This document shows positions 16,740 to 26,015 of a DNA stretch of 64,000 bases, in pieces; within the stretch, counting starts at the first letter, position 1, and each line of letters opens with the position of its first letter. Both the position numbers and the translations under genes were made by a program. Under the pieces are notes generated by a model. That model was not told where the DNA came from. It did no database searches and saw only the letters and a list, made by a program, of their open reading frames with translations. Source of the stretch: Candidatus Kapaibacterium sp. (GTDB lineage: Bacteria; Bacteroidota; Ignavibacteria; Kapaibacteriales; NICIL-2); NCBI GenBank assembly GCA_040398805.1, contig JBBATK010000008.1:28060-92059 (forward strand). Direction: 5' to 3'.

Positions 16740-17906
16740 CTAGCGCAGATACACGATCTTCGAGGACCGTTCTCCACCGTTCTTTTCCGACCTCACGAGC
16801 GACCAATAGGTGCCATCGCTCACCTGATCACCATTGTCGGTCGTCCCGTCCCACACGATATCATATTCACCCGGCTCGATGACGCTTGGACGCAGAAGAT
16901 GGCGTATCACGGTACCACGCGCGTCGCAGATACGGATCTCCGCTTCATCGGCGTGTTCCATGCGGAGCCGAACAGTCGTGATACGATCCGTCGGGTCCGG
17001 GAACACCAGCTCGCTGGTATAGTTCGCGTTCCACAGCGTGGGCACCGAGGTGGTGAGGGAATCATAACAGTTGCGCGCACCGATGTAATAGGTGGCGGAG
17101 ATATCCTTGTTTTTCCGTGTGGCGGTCTCGTTCGCGGGGAGATAGGCGCGAATGTACTCCACCCGTGTGCCGTCCGGACCCACCGTCACGCGCAGGTGAC
17201 CCGAGTTTGGCAACACTTGGCCTTCAAAGTACCCGTACTCTTCCGCCTGCGACGCATTGGTGAAATTCGGCAGGCTCGGCTGCGGCGTTTCCTGATAGAT
17301 CAGGCAATCCTTCTGCTGTTCGCAAAAGAAGTGATCGTGCCCATGGAAGAAAATCGTCACCCGATTCTCCTTAAGCAGGTCCTTGATGGGTTTGTACCAG
17401 CCGGGTCGATTCACCGCAAAACCCGGAGAGCCGTCGATATTGCCGCCGCCCCACTCCTACTTGTTCGCATCTTCCGCACCGCCCCGACCTTTCGCGTCGC
17501 CACCGATATGCTGATGGGCGAAGACGAACGTGAATTTGGCATCACTCTTCTCCAATGTGCTTCGTAACCAGTCGTATTGCCCCTTGCCCAAGGTCCATCT
17601 CCAACCGTTGAGCGAGTCGGGTTTACGGGTGGTATACCAATAGGGATCCAGGACGATGAAGAGCGCATCGCCCCATGTCCATGCGTAATAATTCTCCCTC
17701 TGGCCCACGTACGGAGCTACGCTTGTATCACCGGTGGTGAAATCGTTCGGACGAGGGCTCGGCATAGGGTCATAGGTCCGGTTTTGAACGACGGAATCTG
17801 TGTTTCGAGTACGCATGGGAGTGATGTGTTGTTGCGTGATCACCAGTGAACGAACTGCATCGGCGTCATGCCGATTGGCGTATGACCACGTCGGTGGGGC
17901 GGAGTT
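16740..17906 (-). pseudogene. metallophosphoesterase with T9SS/FlgD-like C-terminal domain, interrupted by an in-frame TAG and lacking an N-terminal catalytic region
   Basis: ORFs 17457..17843 and 16740..17414 share one frame, separated only by TAG at 17457-17459 (...GGAEDANK*EWGGGNIDGSPG...). Motifs VFAHQHIGG and FFHGHDHFF are present. I found no ATG or GDxH/GNHE motifs upstream. Confidence 0.55.
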
Positions 17907-18341
17907 TTACGTCGGTTTGGGTCCATTTTCCGCCGTTTTCCGTGATATGGCCGATCCCTTGCTGTACAACTCGGTACTCCGCGCCCGAGCAGCCCCGCGA
18001 CCCGGGCATGCTGCTTCCCATTCCATTCAACTGCGGGTACCGTCATGCCGTCTGCTACGAAACGGGTTTCTACGACCACTCTTGCGTGCAACGACGACGA
18101 CGATGCGTCTATCGACGGCGTCTTTCTGCGTGTCCTCGAATGAGCGACTATTAATTATTCCCAGCGCCGGTCCGAATTATGTGCCTCGACGAAGGGTTAT
18201 CCACCGGCTGCGCCGAAAACACGACGACGCACGAGAATCAGCCTCTTATCGTCATCGTCCTAGCGACTTAAAATTCATGCGATTATTGCCACAACCGATG
18301 TATTTTGCGGATAGGGTTTCTCTCAATATTTATTTAACGTC

Positions 18342-18986
18342 ATGTCTCAACATTCACAACCCGAGTTGCAGTTGTTGCAACTCGTTCAACAGCGCGATAA
18401 TCTCACAGCGCAGATCAACACACTGCTTCAAGCAATTGTTGGCGGTTCAACCACCGCTGCTCAAGCAGTCGTCCTTCCTGTGAAGTCCGCAGCACCGGCA
18501 AAGGCTTCATCATCGAAAAAGCCTGCCACGCCGAAGTCGGCAGTACCGGGCGCAGCACCGAGAAAACGTGGTCGTCCCGTGGGTTGGCGCAAGGCCGCCG
18601 GCGGAGTCGTTCCCGAACTTGCGAAAGCAGCCGCCGCGAAGTCGCCGGCAGCACCCAAAGCACCGGCCGCAGCAAAGGCAGCTCCGGCACCGGGCGCAGC
18701 ACCGAGAAAACGCGGTCGTCCCGTGGGCTGGCGTAAGGCCGCCGGCGGAGTCGTTCCCGCTCTTGCAAAGGCAGCAGTATCAAAGGCAGCAGCTACGAAG
18801 TCACCTGCACCATCCAAAGCACCGGCAGCTGCAAAAGCTGCGCCCGCACCCGGTTCAGCACCGAGAAAACGTGGTCGTCCTGTAGGTTGGCGTAAGGCCG
18901 CGGGCGGAGTCGTTCCGGAACTTGCAGCAGCGGCGGCAACGAAAGGCAAGTCATCGAAGAAGTCTGCCAAGGCGAAGAAGAAGTAA
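18342..18986 (+). CDS. Ala/Lys/Pro-rich histone H1-like nucleoid protein with three AT-hook modules
   Basis: N-terminal coiled-coil-like region ELQLLQLVQQRDNLTAQINTLLQ. PRKRGRPVGWRKAAGGVVP occurs three times. KAAPAP-type low complexity, with a terminal KKSAKAKKK. Confidence 0.75.
   Translation: MSQHSQPELQLLQLVQQRDNLTAQINTLLQAIVGGSTTAAQAVVLPVKSAAPAKASSSKKPATPKSAVPGAAPRKRGRPVGWRKAAGGVVPELAKAAAAKSPAAPKAPAAAKAAPAPGAAPRKRGRPVGWRKAAGGVVPALAKAAVSKAAATKSPAPSKAPAAAKAAPAPGSAPRKRGRPVGWRKAAGGVVPELAAAAATKGKSSKKSAKAKKK
18548..18915 (+). repeat. three imperfect direct repeats encoding the AT-hook modules
   Basis: CAGCACCGAGAAAACG(T/C)GGTCGTCC...GGCGGAGTCGTTCC starts at 18553, 18697 and 18856 (spacing 144 and 159 nt), all in frame. 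Confidence 0.8.
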
Positions 18987-19044
18987 GCGTACGGACAGAG
19001 TCCAAGAAAAAGAGCTTTCACTCCTCGTTGGGTGGAAGCTTTTT

Positions 19045-20352
19045 TTATGCGTCGAGAAGGGAAGGCGAGGGGAGCGGTATCTGGATGCGCACCTCGGTTC
19101 CCTCGTTGACGACGCCGTTGAAGGTGAGCGTGCAATGGTAGATGTCGCAGATCTTCTGGACGATGGCGAGGCCGAGACCGTTGCCTTGCTGTTCGTAGAC
19201 CTGACGTTGGAACTGCGCGTAGGCCTGGATGTTCTGTGCCTGTTCGGGGGTCATTCCACGACCCCGATCGCGGACGTCGATGACGTAATGCGTGGGCGTG
19301 ACACGCGTCTTGACGATGACCGCCGATCCCGGCTCGGAGTATTTGAACGCGTTATCGACTACCTCGTCGATGATCTTCTTGAGATACTCTTCGCTCATGG
19401 CAACGGCTGACTCGGCAACGGAAATGTGAAGGTCGCTTGACCGGCCCGCGAGCGACGCACGGTAGGATGCAGCGCCGTGAATCAACGACTGCACGGTCTC
19501 CGTGGAACGCTGGCGGACGCGTTGTAACTCCGTGGCATTGATGGCAACGATGCTGAGACCGGTGAACTGGATGTAGTTCTCGAACAGACTGTTCAGACGA
19601 CGTCCCGCATTATTGATGTCCTTCAACATCTCCGTGGCGTCGGAAAAATCCACTTCGCCGAAGTGATTGATGAGATAATGGGAAAACCCGAGGATGGTGT
19701 TGATCGGCGTACGGATCTCGTGGGGAATGGACATCGCGATGTTCGTCTTCAGGTCCTCCATACTGTCCTGGAGTTTACGTTGCGACTCCACGAGCGCTAT
19801 CGTCTTCGATGCGATCTGCTGACGCCGCATATCCTCCATTGCACGATACGCCTCGGAGAACTGTGCATTCTCCAATGCTTTGGCGAACATTTGGATGAAG
19901 TACCCGATGCTTCGAATGAAAATGTCGGTGAGTTCTTCCGGACCGTAGGTAGTGGAGATGATCACAAGACCCGTCACGCCCTCCGAGCCGAGCATGGGAA
20001 CGATGTAGTAGCAGTTATCGGAGGTATCGCTGCTGTATGGACGTATCAGGTGCCCGCTTGAAAGCGCCTGACCGATCACTTCCTGTTCGATGAAATCGTT
20101 GAACGTGATCTGCGCACGCTCTTGCTTCTCCCGAGGAAACGTCGCTGTGTGGTCGAACTCGAACGATTCCGTATCCAGACTGAAATAGGAGGCGAAGACG
20201 AAGCCGGGAACATGAGAGCACGTCTCGAGTCCCACCGCGATGATGTTCGACGGATGATTGTTGCGCGCGCACGCATTGGTAAACGAATCCACCTCGGTGA
20301 AAAAGTCCGCCAGGTACTGGTCCGTATATCTTCCCGAAGCGTTGTCGCTCAT
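19045..20352 (-). CDS. sensor histidine kinase with GAF-like N-terminal domain
   Basis: H-box SIPHEIRTPINTILGFS. HATPase motifs: VVDNAFKYS, DRGRGM, GNGLGLAIV. Confidence 0.85.
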   Translation of the reverse strand: MSDNASGRYTDQYLADFFTEVDSFTNACARNNHPSNIIAVGLETCSHVPGFVFASYFSLDTESFEFDHTATFPREKQERAQITFNDFIEQEVIGQALSSGHLIRPYSSDTSDNCYYIVPMLGSEGVTGLVIISTTYGPEELTDIFIRSIGYFIQMFAKALENAQFSEAYRAMEDMRRQQIASKTIALVESQRKLQDSMEDLKTNIAMSIPHEIRTPINTILGFSHYLINHFGEVDFSDATEMLKDINNAGRRLNSLFENYIQFTGLSIVAINATELQRVRQRSTETVQSLIHGAASYRASLAGRSSDLHISVAESAVAMSEEYLKKIIDEVVDNAFKYSEPGSAVIVKTRVTPTHYVIDVRDRGRGMTPEQAQNIQAYAQFQRQVYEQQGNGLGLAIVQKICDIYHCTLTFNGVVNEGTEVRIQIPLPSPSLLDA

Positions 20353-20369
20353 GTCATCTCCTCGGTCGC

Positions 20370-21338
20370 TTATTTCTCAAGCATCACCGACACCGCCTGC
20401 TCATAATCCCGCACGATCACTTCTCTCATCTGCGAGAAGGTCTTCGGCGGTATTCCCAGGCCCGCCCACACCTCGAACGAGGGTCGTGGTACCACTCTGT
20501 CTCCGCCATTACCCAGCTCCAACATCCGCGCCGCTATGTCGGCCACATGAACCATCGCCACGTCGCGGTTGAACTCTCCGTTCACCGTCCCTTCCTCGTG
20601 ATAGCGTATGGATGTGCATAATGACTCCGGAAGGCGCCATCGACGAGCCAAAAGCTCGCCTACCTCGGTATGGTCCATGCCGAACTCACGTTTCTCCGCC
20701 TCGACGATGAGACCGTTCTGTTCGTTCACTTCCTTCAACAGCGCCACATATTCCTTCGGGAACGACCGCATGAAAAACAACTTTCCGATGTCGTGCAGGA
20801 GTCCGTTCGTGTAATGATTGCCACCGTTCTTGTCGTTCGTGGATGTCGCCAGAATCTTTGCGATCACCCCCACCGCCAAGGAATGCTTCCACAAGTCCAC
20901 GATGCTCGACGTCATCGTCGACGCCTGACCCGTCAACGTGTTCACCACCGTGATAGCCGTGACAAGCTGTTTCACCTCGTTGAATCCCACATGAAATATC
21001 GCCTCGCTGATGGAATTCACTCTTCCTTGCACACGATACATACTGGAGTTCACCGTTTTCAAAAGCTTCAGCGCACACGCAGGATCCGTCGCCACCATGT
21101 CCGCAAGCTGATGCACCGTCGTGCGCGGGTTCGCCATCAGCTCCAGAAGGCTCGTGTAAATCGTCGGAAGGGTGGGGAAGTCCTCTACCTCGGTAAGAAT
21201 GGTTGTGATGTTTACTGACAAGGGTACTCGATTCCTGATGATGTGTGCATTTTCTCTTCTAATAATTCCATGTACCGTTTGTCCTGCCGATGTGACTCGG
21301 AACCATCGGCGAACCCTGTCCATGGAATCGCGAACCAT
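20370..21338 (-). CDS. HDOD domain-containing signalling protein
   Basis: Motifs: FPTLPTIYTSLLELMANPRTTVHQLADMVATDPACALKLLKTVNSSMY and GLLHDIGKLF. Lies 17 nt upstream of the kinase. Confidence 0.8.
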   Translation of the reverse strand: MVRDSMDRVRRWFRVTSAGQTVHGIIRRENAHIIRNRVPLSVNITTILTEVEDFPTLPTIYTSLLELMANPRTTVHQLADMVATDPACALKLLKTVNSSMYRVQGRVNSISEAIFHVGFNEVKQLVTAITVVNTLTGQASTMTSSIVDLWKHSLAVGVIAKILATSTNDKNGGNHYTNGLLHDIGKLFFMRSFPKEYVALLKEVNEQNGLIVEAEKREFGMDHTEVGELLARRWRLPESLCTSIRYHEEGTVNGEFNRDVAMVHVADIAARMLELGNGGDRVVPRPSFEVWAGLGIPPKTFSQMREVIVRDYEQAVSVMLEK

Positions 21339-21502
21339 ATGATGGTGAAGACTGACGGACGCTAACGACCATGTCCACGACGTCTCTCCGTCGCCTGGGT
21401 CCTCGCTCCATGCCTTTCCACCTACAAATTACGTGTTTTCATTGCGTACGACTGCAATTGCCATGCCGTTGATGGCCTACCCGGACCGATCTGTTCCATC
21501 CA

Positions 21503-21542
21503 CAAACAGAAAGAGTCGCTCACCTGTTGATGCGCGACTCTT
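21503..21542 (-). terminator. terminator downstream of tRNA-Val
   Basis: On the minus strand: AAGAGTCGC-loop-GCGACTCTT followed by TCTGTTTGT. Confidence 0.5.
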
Positions 21543-21548
21543 TTCGTG

Positions 21549-21623
21549 TGGGAGCTGAGGGATTCGAACCCCCGACCCTCTGCTTGTAAGGCAGATGCTC
21601 TGAACCAGCTGAGCTAAGCTCCC
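21549..21623 (-). tRNA. tRNA-Val (anticodon TAC)
   Basis: The reverse complement GGGAGCTTAGCTCAGCTGGTTCAGAGCATCTGCCTTACAAGCAGAGGGTCGGGGGTTCGAATCCCTCAGCTCCCA folds as a cloverleaf. Anticodon loop is CTTACAA. CCA is not encoded. Confidence 0.9.
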
Positions 21624-21648
21624 GTCCTGCTTCGTGATCGAAGAGTGG

Positions 21649-21680
21649 CAAAAATAGGGCGAGGAAGCGTTCCCACCAAA
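21649..21680 (-). promoter_or_regulatory. FCB-type promoter for tRNA-Val (TTTG-N20-TATTTTTG)
   Basis: Minus strand reads aaaTTTGgtgggaacgcttcctcgcccTATTTTTGcc, about 25 nt upstream of the tRNA 5' end. Matches the Bacteroidetes -33/-7 consensus TTTG/TAnnTTTG. Confidence 0.5.
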
Positions 21681-21725
21681 TTTCGTGTACCTGCCGCCTC
21701 GTGGCCAAACCCGTCCATGACCGGC

Positions 21726-23060
21726 TCATCTTCCCGCGAGCATCGCTTCCGCCGCCCGCACCACCCCGTCGTCAACCTTCGCCATCACTCTCTCCAGTTG
21801 ACGCCGGATGATGTCCGTTCGCAGATTGCCGATACTGCCCTCGTGCGTGTGCTCATGCGCCGCCGCTGCCGTGAACTCTCCCCGCGCAATGCTCTGGCCT
21901 ACCTCCCGATACGCATCCCGGAAACTCATCCCCTCCCGCACCTTCGCATGTACCGCATCCACACTGCTGAGCAAGGTATACCGGTCGTCGTCAAGGATCG
22001 CTTCATTGATCTTCAGGACGGGCAGCATTTCCCTGCACATGGCAAGGAGGGAGTGCAGCTCATCGAAGGCAGGCATGATCATCTCTTTCACTATCTGCAC
22101 ATCGCGGTGATACCCCGAGGGAAGATTGCTTGTCACCATCATGATATCGGTCGGCACCGCTTGAAGCCTATTGCCCTTCGCCCGTATCAACTCGAACACA
22201 TCGGGGTTGTTCTTGTGCGGCATCAGGCTCGAACCCGTCGTCGCGTCCGTCGGCAACGCCACGAAGCCGAAGTTCTGCGAACTGTACAGGCATACATCGT
22301 ACGCCATGCGCGATAGCGTCGCAGCGATGTTTGCGAGTGCGCTCGCGCTGACGCGCTCGCTCTTGCCTCTGGTCATCTGCGCATACACCGAACTCACATT
22401 CATCTCCGCGAATCCCAGAAGCTCCGTGGTCCGCGCACGGCGTATGGGAAACGAGCTTCCGTATCCTGCTGCCGAACCGAGCGGATTCTTGTTCACCACA
22501 TGATAGGCTGCCACCACGCTCTCAAGGTCGTCGATGAGCGACTCCGCATACGCGCTGAACCACAAACCGAACGACGACGGCATGGCGATCTGGAAATGCG
22601 TGTATCCAGGAAGCGGCACGTGTGCATATCTCTCCGCGAGTTCCAGAAGCAGCCCGACAAGCGCCGCCGTCTCCGTACGCACGCTCACCAGCTCCGCCCG
22701 CAGGTACATCTTCATGTCCACCAGCACCTGGTCGTTCCGAGACCGCGCCGTGTGGACTTTCTTCCCCACCTCTCCGCATCGCTGCGTGAGCAGGTCCTCC
22801 ACATGCGAGTGCACGTCCTCCGCCGTCTCGGCGATACGGAAACTCCCGTCTTCGATCTCCCGCGCAATCACGCGCAGCTCCCGCACCAGCACCGCTCCCT
22901 CGTCCTCGCTCACCAAGCCGCACTCCTGCAGCATCATGGCGTGCGCGATACTGCCCACGACGTCGAATCGCGCCAGCCGTGCATCGAACTCGCGATCACG
23001 TCCTACCGTGAACTGCTCGACGCTCGCTCTGGTGCTTTGACCTTTATCCCACAACTTCAT
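21726..23060 (-). CDS. argH: argininosuccinate lyase
   Basis: 444 aa. Motifs: SRNDQV, GYTHFQIAMPSSFG, GSSLMPHKNNPD. Confidence 0.95.
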   Translation of the reverse strand: MKLWDKGQSTRASVEQFTVGRDREFDARLARFDVVGSIAHAMMLQECGLVSEDEGAVLVRELRVIAREIEDGSFRIAETAEDVHSHVEDLLTQRCGEVGKKVHTARSRNDQVLVDMKMYLRAELVSVRTETAALVGLLLELAERYAHVPLPGYTHFQIAMPSSFGLWFSAYAESLIDDLESVVAAYHVVNKNPLGSAAGYGSSFPIRRARTTELLGFAEMNVSSVYAQMTRGKSERVSASALANIAATLSRMAYDVCLYSSQNFGFVALPTDATTGSSLMPHKNNPDVFELIRAKGNRLQAVPTDIMMVTSNLPSGYHRDVQIVKEMIMPAFDELHSLLAMCREMLPVLKINEAILDDDRYTLLSSVDAVHAKVREGMSFRDAYREVGQSIARGEFTAAAAHEHTHEGSIGNLRTDIIRRQLERVMAKVDDGVVRAAEAMLAGR

Positions 23061-24142
23061 ACGTGTCTCCCGATGTGTTGTACCGTCCTCAGCAAGGCGA
23101 TCATACCCTCGATGCCGTGCTCGATCTCCGTGAGCTTGATGAACTCATCGGCGGTGTGTGAACGCCGGGACGACCCCGGACCTATCTTCACCCGCGGCAT
23201 GCTGAGCAGACTTTGGTCCGATAGCGTCGGCGATCCATACAACTCCATGCCGCACTCGAGCGCCGCCTGCACGATGGCATGCGCAGGATCGATGGACGAC
23301 GGGTGCAGACGTTTGGACACGGAGACGATCTCAGATTCCAGATGCTGCTGCAGGGTGTGAAGGATCTCCTCGTGCGTGTATTCATCGGTGGAGCGGATGT
23401 CCACCGTGAACGTGCACGCCGCCGGTACCACGTTATGCTGGGTGCCCGCGTCGATCATCGTCGTCGTCATCTTCACCGGACCCAGCATGCGGGATTCGCG
23501 CTCGAACTTATATCCGTGTATCCACAGTATGTCCCGCAGGGCGATGTCGATAGCGTTGACACCTTCATTGCGCGCGGCATGACCGGACCTACCGTTCGCT
23601 CTGCATTGCACCACCATCAATCCCTTCTCCGCGATCGCCATCTGCATCTCCGTGGGCTCGCCTATGCATGCAAGGTCCACCCGCGGAAGCGCTTCCAGGA
23701 TACTCACGATGCCACCACTGCCACTGATCTCCTCTTCCGCCGTCGCGGCGAATATCACATTGCACGCGGCATGCTCGTGTTCCACGAAATGAAGGAAGGT
23801 TGCTGCATAGGTCACCAACGGACCTCCCGCATCGTTCGAACCGAGTCCGTACAAGATGTCTCCTTCCACCTCGGGCATGAACGGATCACGCGTCCAATCC
23901 GCATTGGGCTTCACCGTGTCCAGATGCGAATTCAAAAGGATGGTCGGCTTCGATGCGTCGAATCGTTCCGCCACGGCCCACACGTTGTTCGCGTGACGAT
24001 GCACCTGCACACCGGGACGCGTAAGGAAGCTGTGCATGATGGCAGCCGCATCCGCCTCCTGGCGACTAAGCGACGGCGTCGCGATGAGTCGCTTCAACAG
24101 CTCAATGGATTCCTGCGCATGGCTCCGCGAGTGCTCAGTCAT
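23057..24142 (-). CDS. M20 family metallohydrolase (acetyl/succinyl-ornithine deacylase, ArgE-like)
   Basis: Motifs: LNSHLDTVKP and EEEISGSGG, plus its position in the arg cluster. ATGA overlaps on both sides. Confidence 0.8.
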   Translation of the reverse strand: MTEHSRSHAQESIELLKRLIATPSLSRQEADAAAIMHSFLTRPGVQVHRHANNVWAVAERFDASKPTILLNSHLDTVKPNADWTRDPFMPEVEGDILYGLGSNDAGGPLVTYAATFLHFVEHEHAACNVIFAATAEEEISGSGGIVSILEALPRVDLACIGEPTEMQMAIAEKGLMVVQCRANGRSGHAARNEGVNAIDIALRDILWIHGYKFERESRMLGPVKMTTTMIDAGTQHNVVPAACTFTVDIRSTDEYTHEEILHTLQQHLESEIVSVSKRLHPSSIDPAHAIVQAALECGMELYGSPTLSDQSLLSMPRVKIGPGSSRRSHTADEFIKLTEIEHGIEGMIALLRTVQHIGRHV

Positions 24143-24927
24143 GCCCTCTCCCCGTAGATACGTGTGCCGCCGGTGAAATCACGATACGAACAGATGCGCA
24201 CATCCACTCCCTGAACGGCAAGGGCCCGCGCATTCTCCAGCTTCGCGAGCATCCCTCCCGCCGCCGCACCCGATGCCACGAAGGCGTCGAGCTCGGCCAC
24301 GCTCATGGCGCCGATGACACTATCCGGTTGCGATACCTTCCGCAGCACACCGTTGTGGGCGAAGCAGTACACCACTTCCACCACGCATTGCGAAGCGCAT
24401 GCCAGTGCGATGCGCGCCGTCACGGTATCGGCGTTCGTGTTCAGCAGCTGTCCGTGGCCATCGTGTGTGATAGGTGCAATCACGGGAACGATGCCGTCGC
24501 CAAGCATGGCGAGCAGGCGTTCGTGCCGCACATGGTCGATGTCGCCGACGTAGCCGAAATCGACGGGCTCCGGACTCCGCCGATGCGCGCGAATGATATC
24601 GTCATCGCACCCCCGCATGCCGACCGCTCGGCAACCAAGCGCCTGCAGCTCGGCCACGAAGGTGGTGTTGATAAGCCCTGCATACACCATCGTCACCACC
24701 CTTAGGGTATCCGCATCGGTGATACGACGTCCGTCATGCATACGCGGTTCGATGCCGAGCCTGACGGACAATTCCGAGGCCATGCTGCCACCGCCATGGA
24801 CGACGATGCAGGGCTCCGGAAGCGCCGCTACCGCGCGCAGGGCCTCGGCCCTGGCCACGGGGTCGTCCGCGATAGCGCCGCCGAACTTGACGACCCGTAT
24901 GCGAAAATGATCCGTCAATGCACTCAT
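24139..24927 (-). CDS. argB: acetylglutamate kinase
   Basis: Motifs: VVKFGGA, VVHGGG, LNTNADTVTA, GGMLAKL. Confidence 0.9.
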   Translation of the reverse strand: MSALTDHFRIRVVKFGGAIADDPVARAEALRAVAALPEPCIVVHGGGSMASELSVRLGIEPRMHDGRRITDADTLRVVTMVYAGLINTTFVAELQALGCRAVGMRGCDDDIIRAHRRSPEPVDFGYVGDIDHVRHERLLAMLGDGIVPVIAPITHDGHGQLLNTNADTVTARIALACASQCVVEVVYCFAHNGVLRKVSQPDSVIGAMSVAELDAFVASGAAAGGMLAKLENARALAVQGVDVRICSYRDFTGGTRIYGERA

Positions 24928-24966
24928 GATTATCTCGTGGATGCGGTGGAGAGAGGACGACGTTTC

Positions 24967-25956
24967 TCAGGCATTGCTCTGCAAGCGCGCCGCTTCATCG
25001 CGATGCTCCAGCATGATTTCCAATACCGCTTGCATGGAGCTCACACGGTTCTTCGCTTGCGGAAGAACGATGCTCGCGGGAGAATCGATGACATCGTCGT
25101 GCACGATCATGTTCCGCCGCACAGGCAGGCAATGCATGAACCGCGCGCTGTTCGTGAGCGCCATCTTCTCGGGCGTGATCTGCCATGAGCTGTCCTTGCT
25201 GAGAATACTCCCGTACTGCTCGTAGCTAGACCAGTTTTTCGCGTAGACGAAGTCCGCATCGCGCAGCGCCTCATCCTGGTCGTGCGTGACCGTGGCCCCT
25301 TTCGTGAATGATCCCTCCAACGCATACCCTTCGGGATGGGCGATCACGACATCGTACTCCATGGCCACCGACCACTCCGCGAAGGAATTGGCGACCGCCT
25401 GCGGAAGCGCCTTCGGATGCGGCGCCCAGGTAAGGACCACCTTCGGTTTGTCCCGGCGTCTGTCCTTCTCCGTGTATTGCTCGATGGTGATCATATCCGC
25501 GAAGGATTGTAGGGGATGGCGCGTGGCGGACTCCAAGCTGATGACCGGTACGCCCGCATAGCGGATGAATTTCTCCAGCACGTCCTCGTGGTAATCGGCC
25601 TCGCGGTCCGTGAGCGAGGCGAACGAGCGGATTCCTACAATGTCGCAGTACTGCGCCATCACGCCCGCCGCTTCTTTGATGTGCTCCGTCGTACCACCGT
25701 CCATCACCACACCGTCGCGGGTCTCCAGCGTCCAACCGTCGCTGCCCACGTTCACCACGATCACATCCATGCCCAGGTTGTATGCGGCTTTCTGCGAGCT
25801 CATGCGCGTGCGCAAGCTGGGATTGAAGAACAACAGACCGAGCGTGGTGTGACGTCCCTTCCCGAATTCCGCCAACGGATCCTGCGCCACCCGCAGGCCG
25901 CGCTCCACAAGGGCTTGGGGATGGAAGACATCGTGAACAGAGGTGAAACGATTCAT
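24967..25956 (-). CDS. argF: N-acetylornithine/N-succinylornithine carbamoyltransferase (ArgF'-type)
   Basis: Starts at MNRFTSVHDV (ATG 25956). Motifs: FFNPSLRTR, HPLQSFAD, FMHCLPVRRN. This is the AOTCase/SOTCase-like type rather than classical OTCase. Acyl specificity cannot be called by eye. Confidence 0.8.
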   Translation of the reverse strand: MNRFTSVHDVFHPQALVERGLRVAQDPLAEFGKGRHTTLGLLFFNPSLRTRMSSQKAAYNLGMDVIVVNVGSDGWTLETRDGVVMDGGTTEHIKEAAGVMAQYCDIVGIRSFASLTDREADYHEDVLEKFIRYAGVPVISLESATRHPLQSFADMITIEQYTEKDRRRDKPKVVLTWAPHPKALPQAVANSFAEWSVAMEYDVVIAHPEGYALEGSFTKGATVTHDQDEALRDADFVYAKNWSSYEQYGSILSKDSSWQITPEKMALTNSARFMHCLPVRRNMIVHDDVIDSPASIVLPQAKNRVSSMQAVLEIMLEHRDEAARLQSNA

Positions 25957-26015
25957 GGTAGATCCCGTAGATGGAGAGTGAATGATGGCGTAACGTACCG
26001 GACTGTGTCGACGGT

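Noticed and set aside
17840-18091. 83-aa minus-strand ORF, and other short ORFs, in the 500-nt gap between the metallophosphoesterase remnant and the AT-hook gene.
   Set aside because: The composition is non-protein-like and there are no motifs. The region is more simply explained as the decayed 5' part of the pseudogene plus the promoter of the AT-hook gene.
18548-18915. Regularly spaced direct repeats that could suggest a CRISPR-like or minisatellite array.
   Set aside because: The repeats are in frame inside a coding gene, the spacing is irregular (144/159 nt), and they encode the AT-hook modules. There are no cas genes.
21549-21623. tRNA-Val as an integration hotspot marking a genomic island.
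   Set aside because: I saw no integrase, no direct repeat of the tRNA 3' end, and no compositional break on either side.
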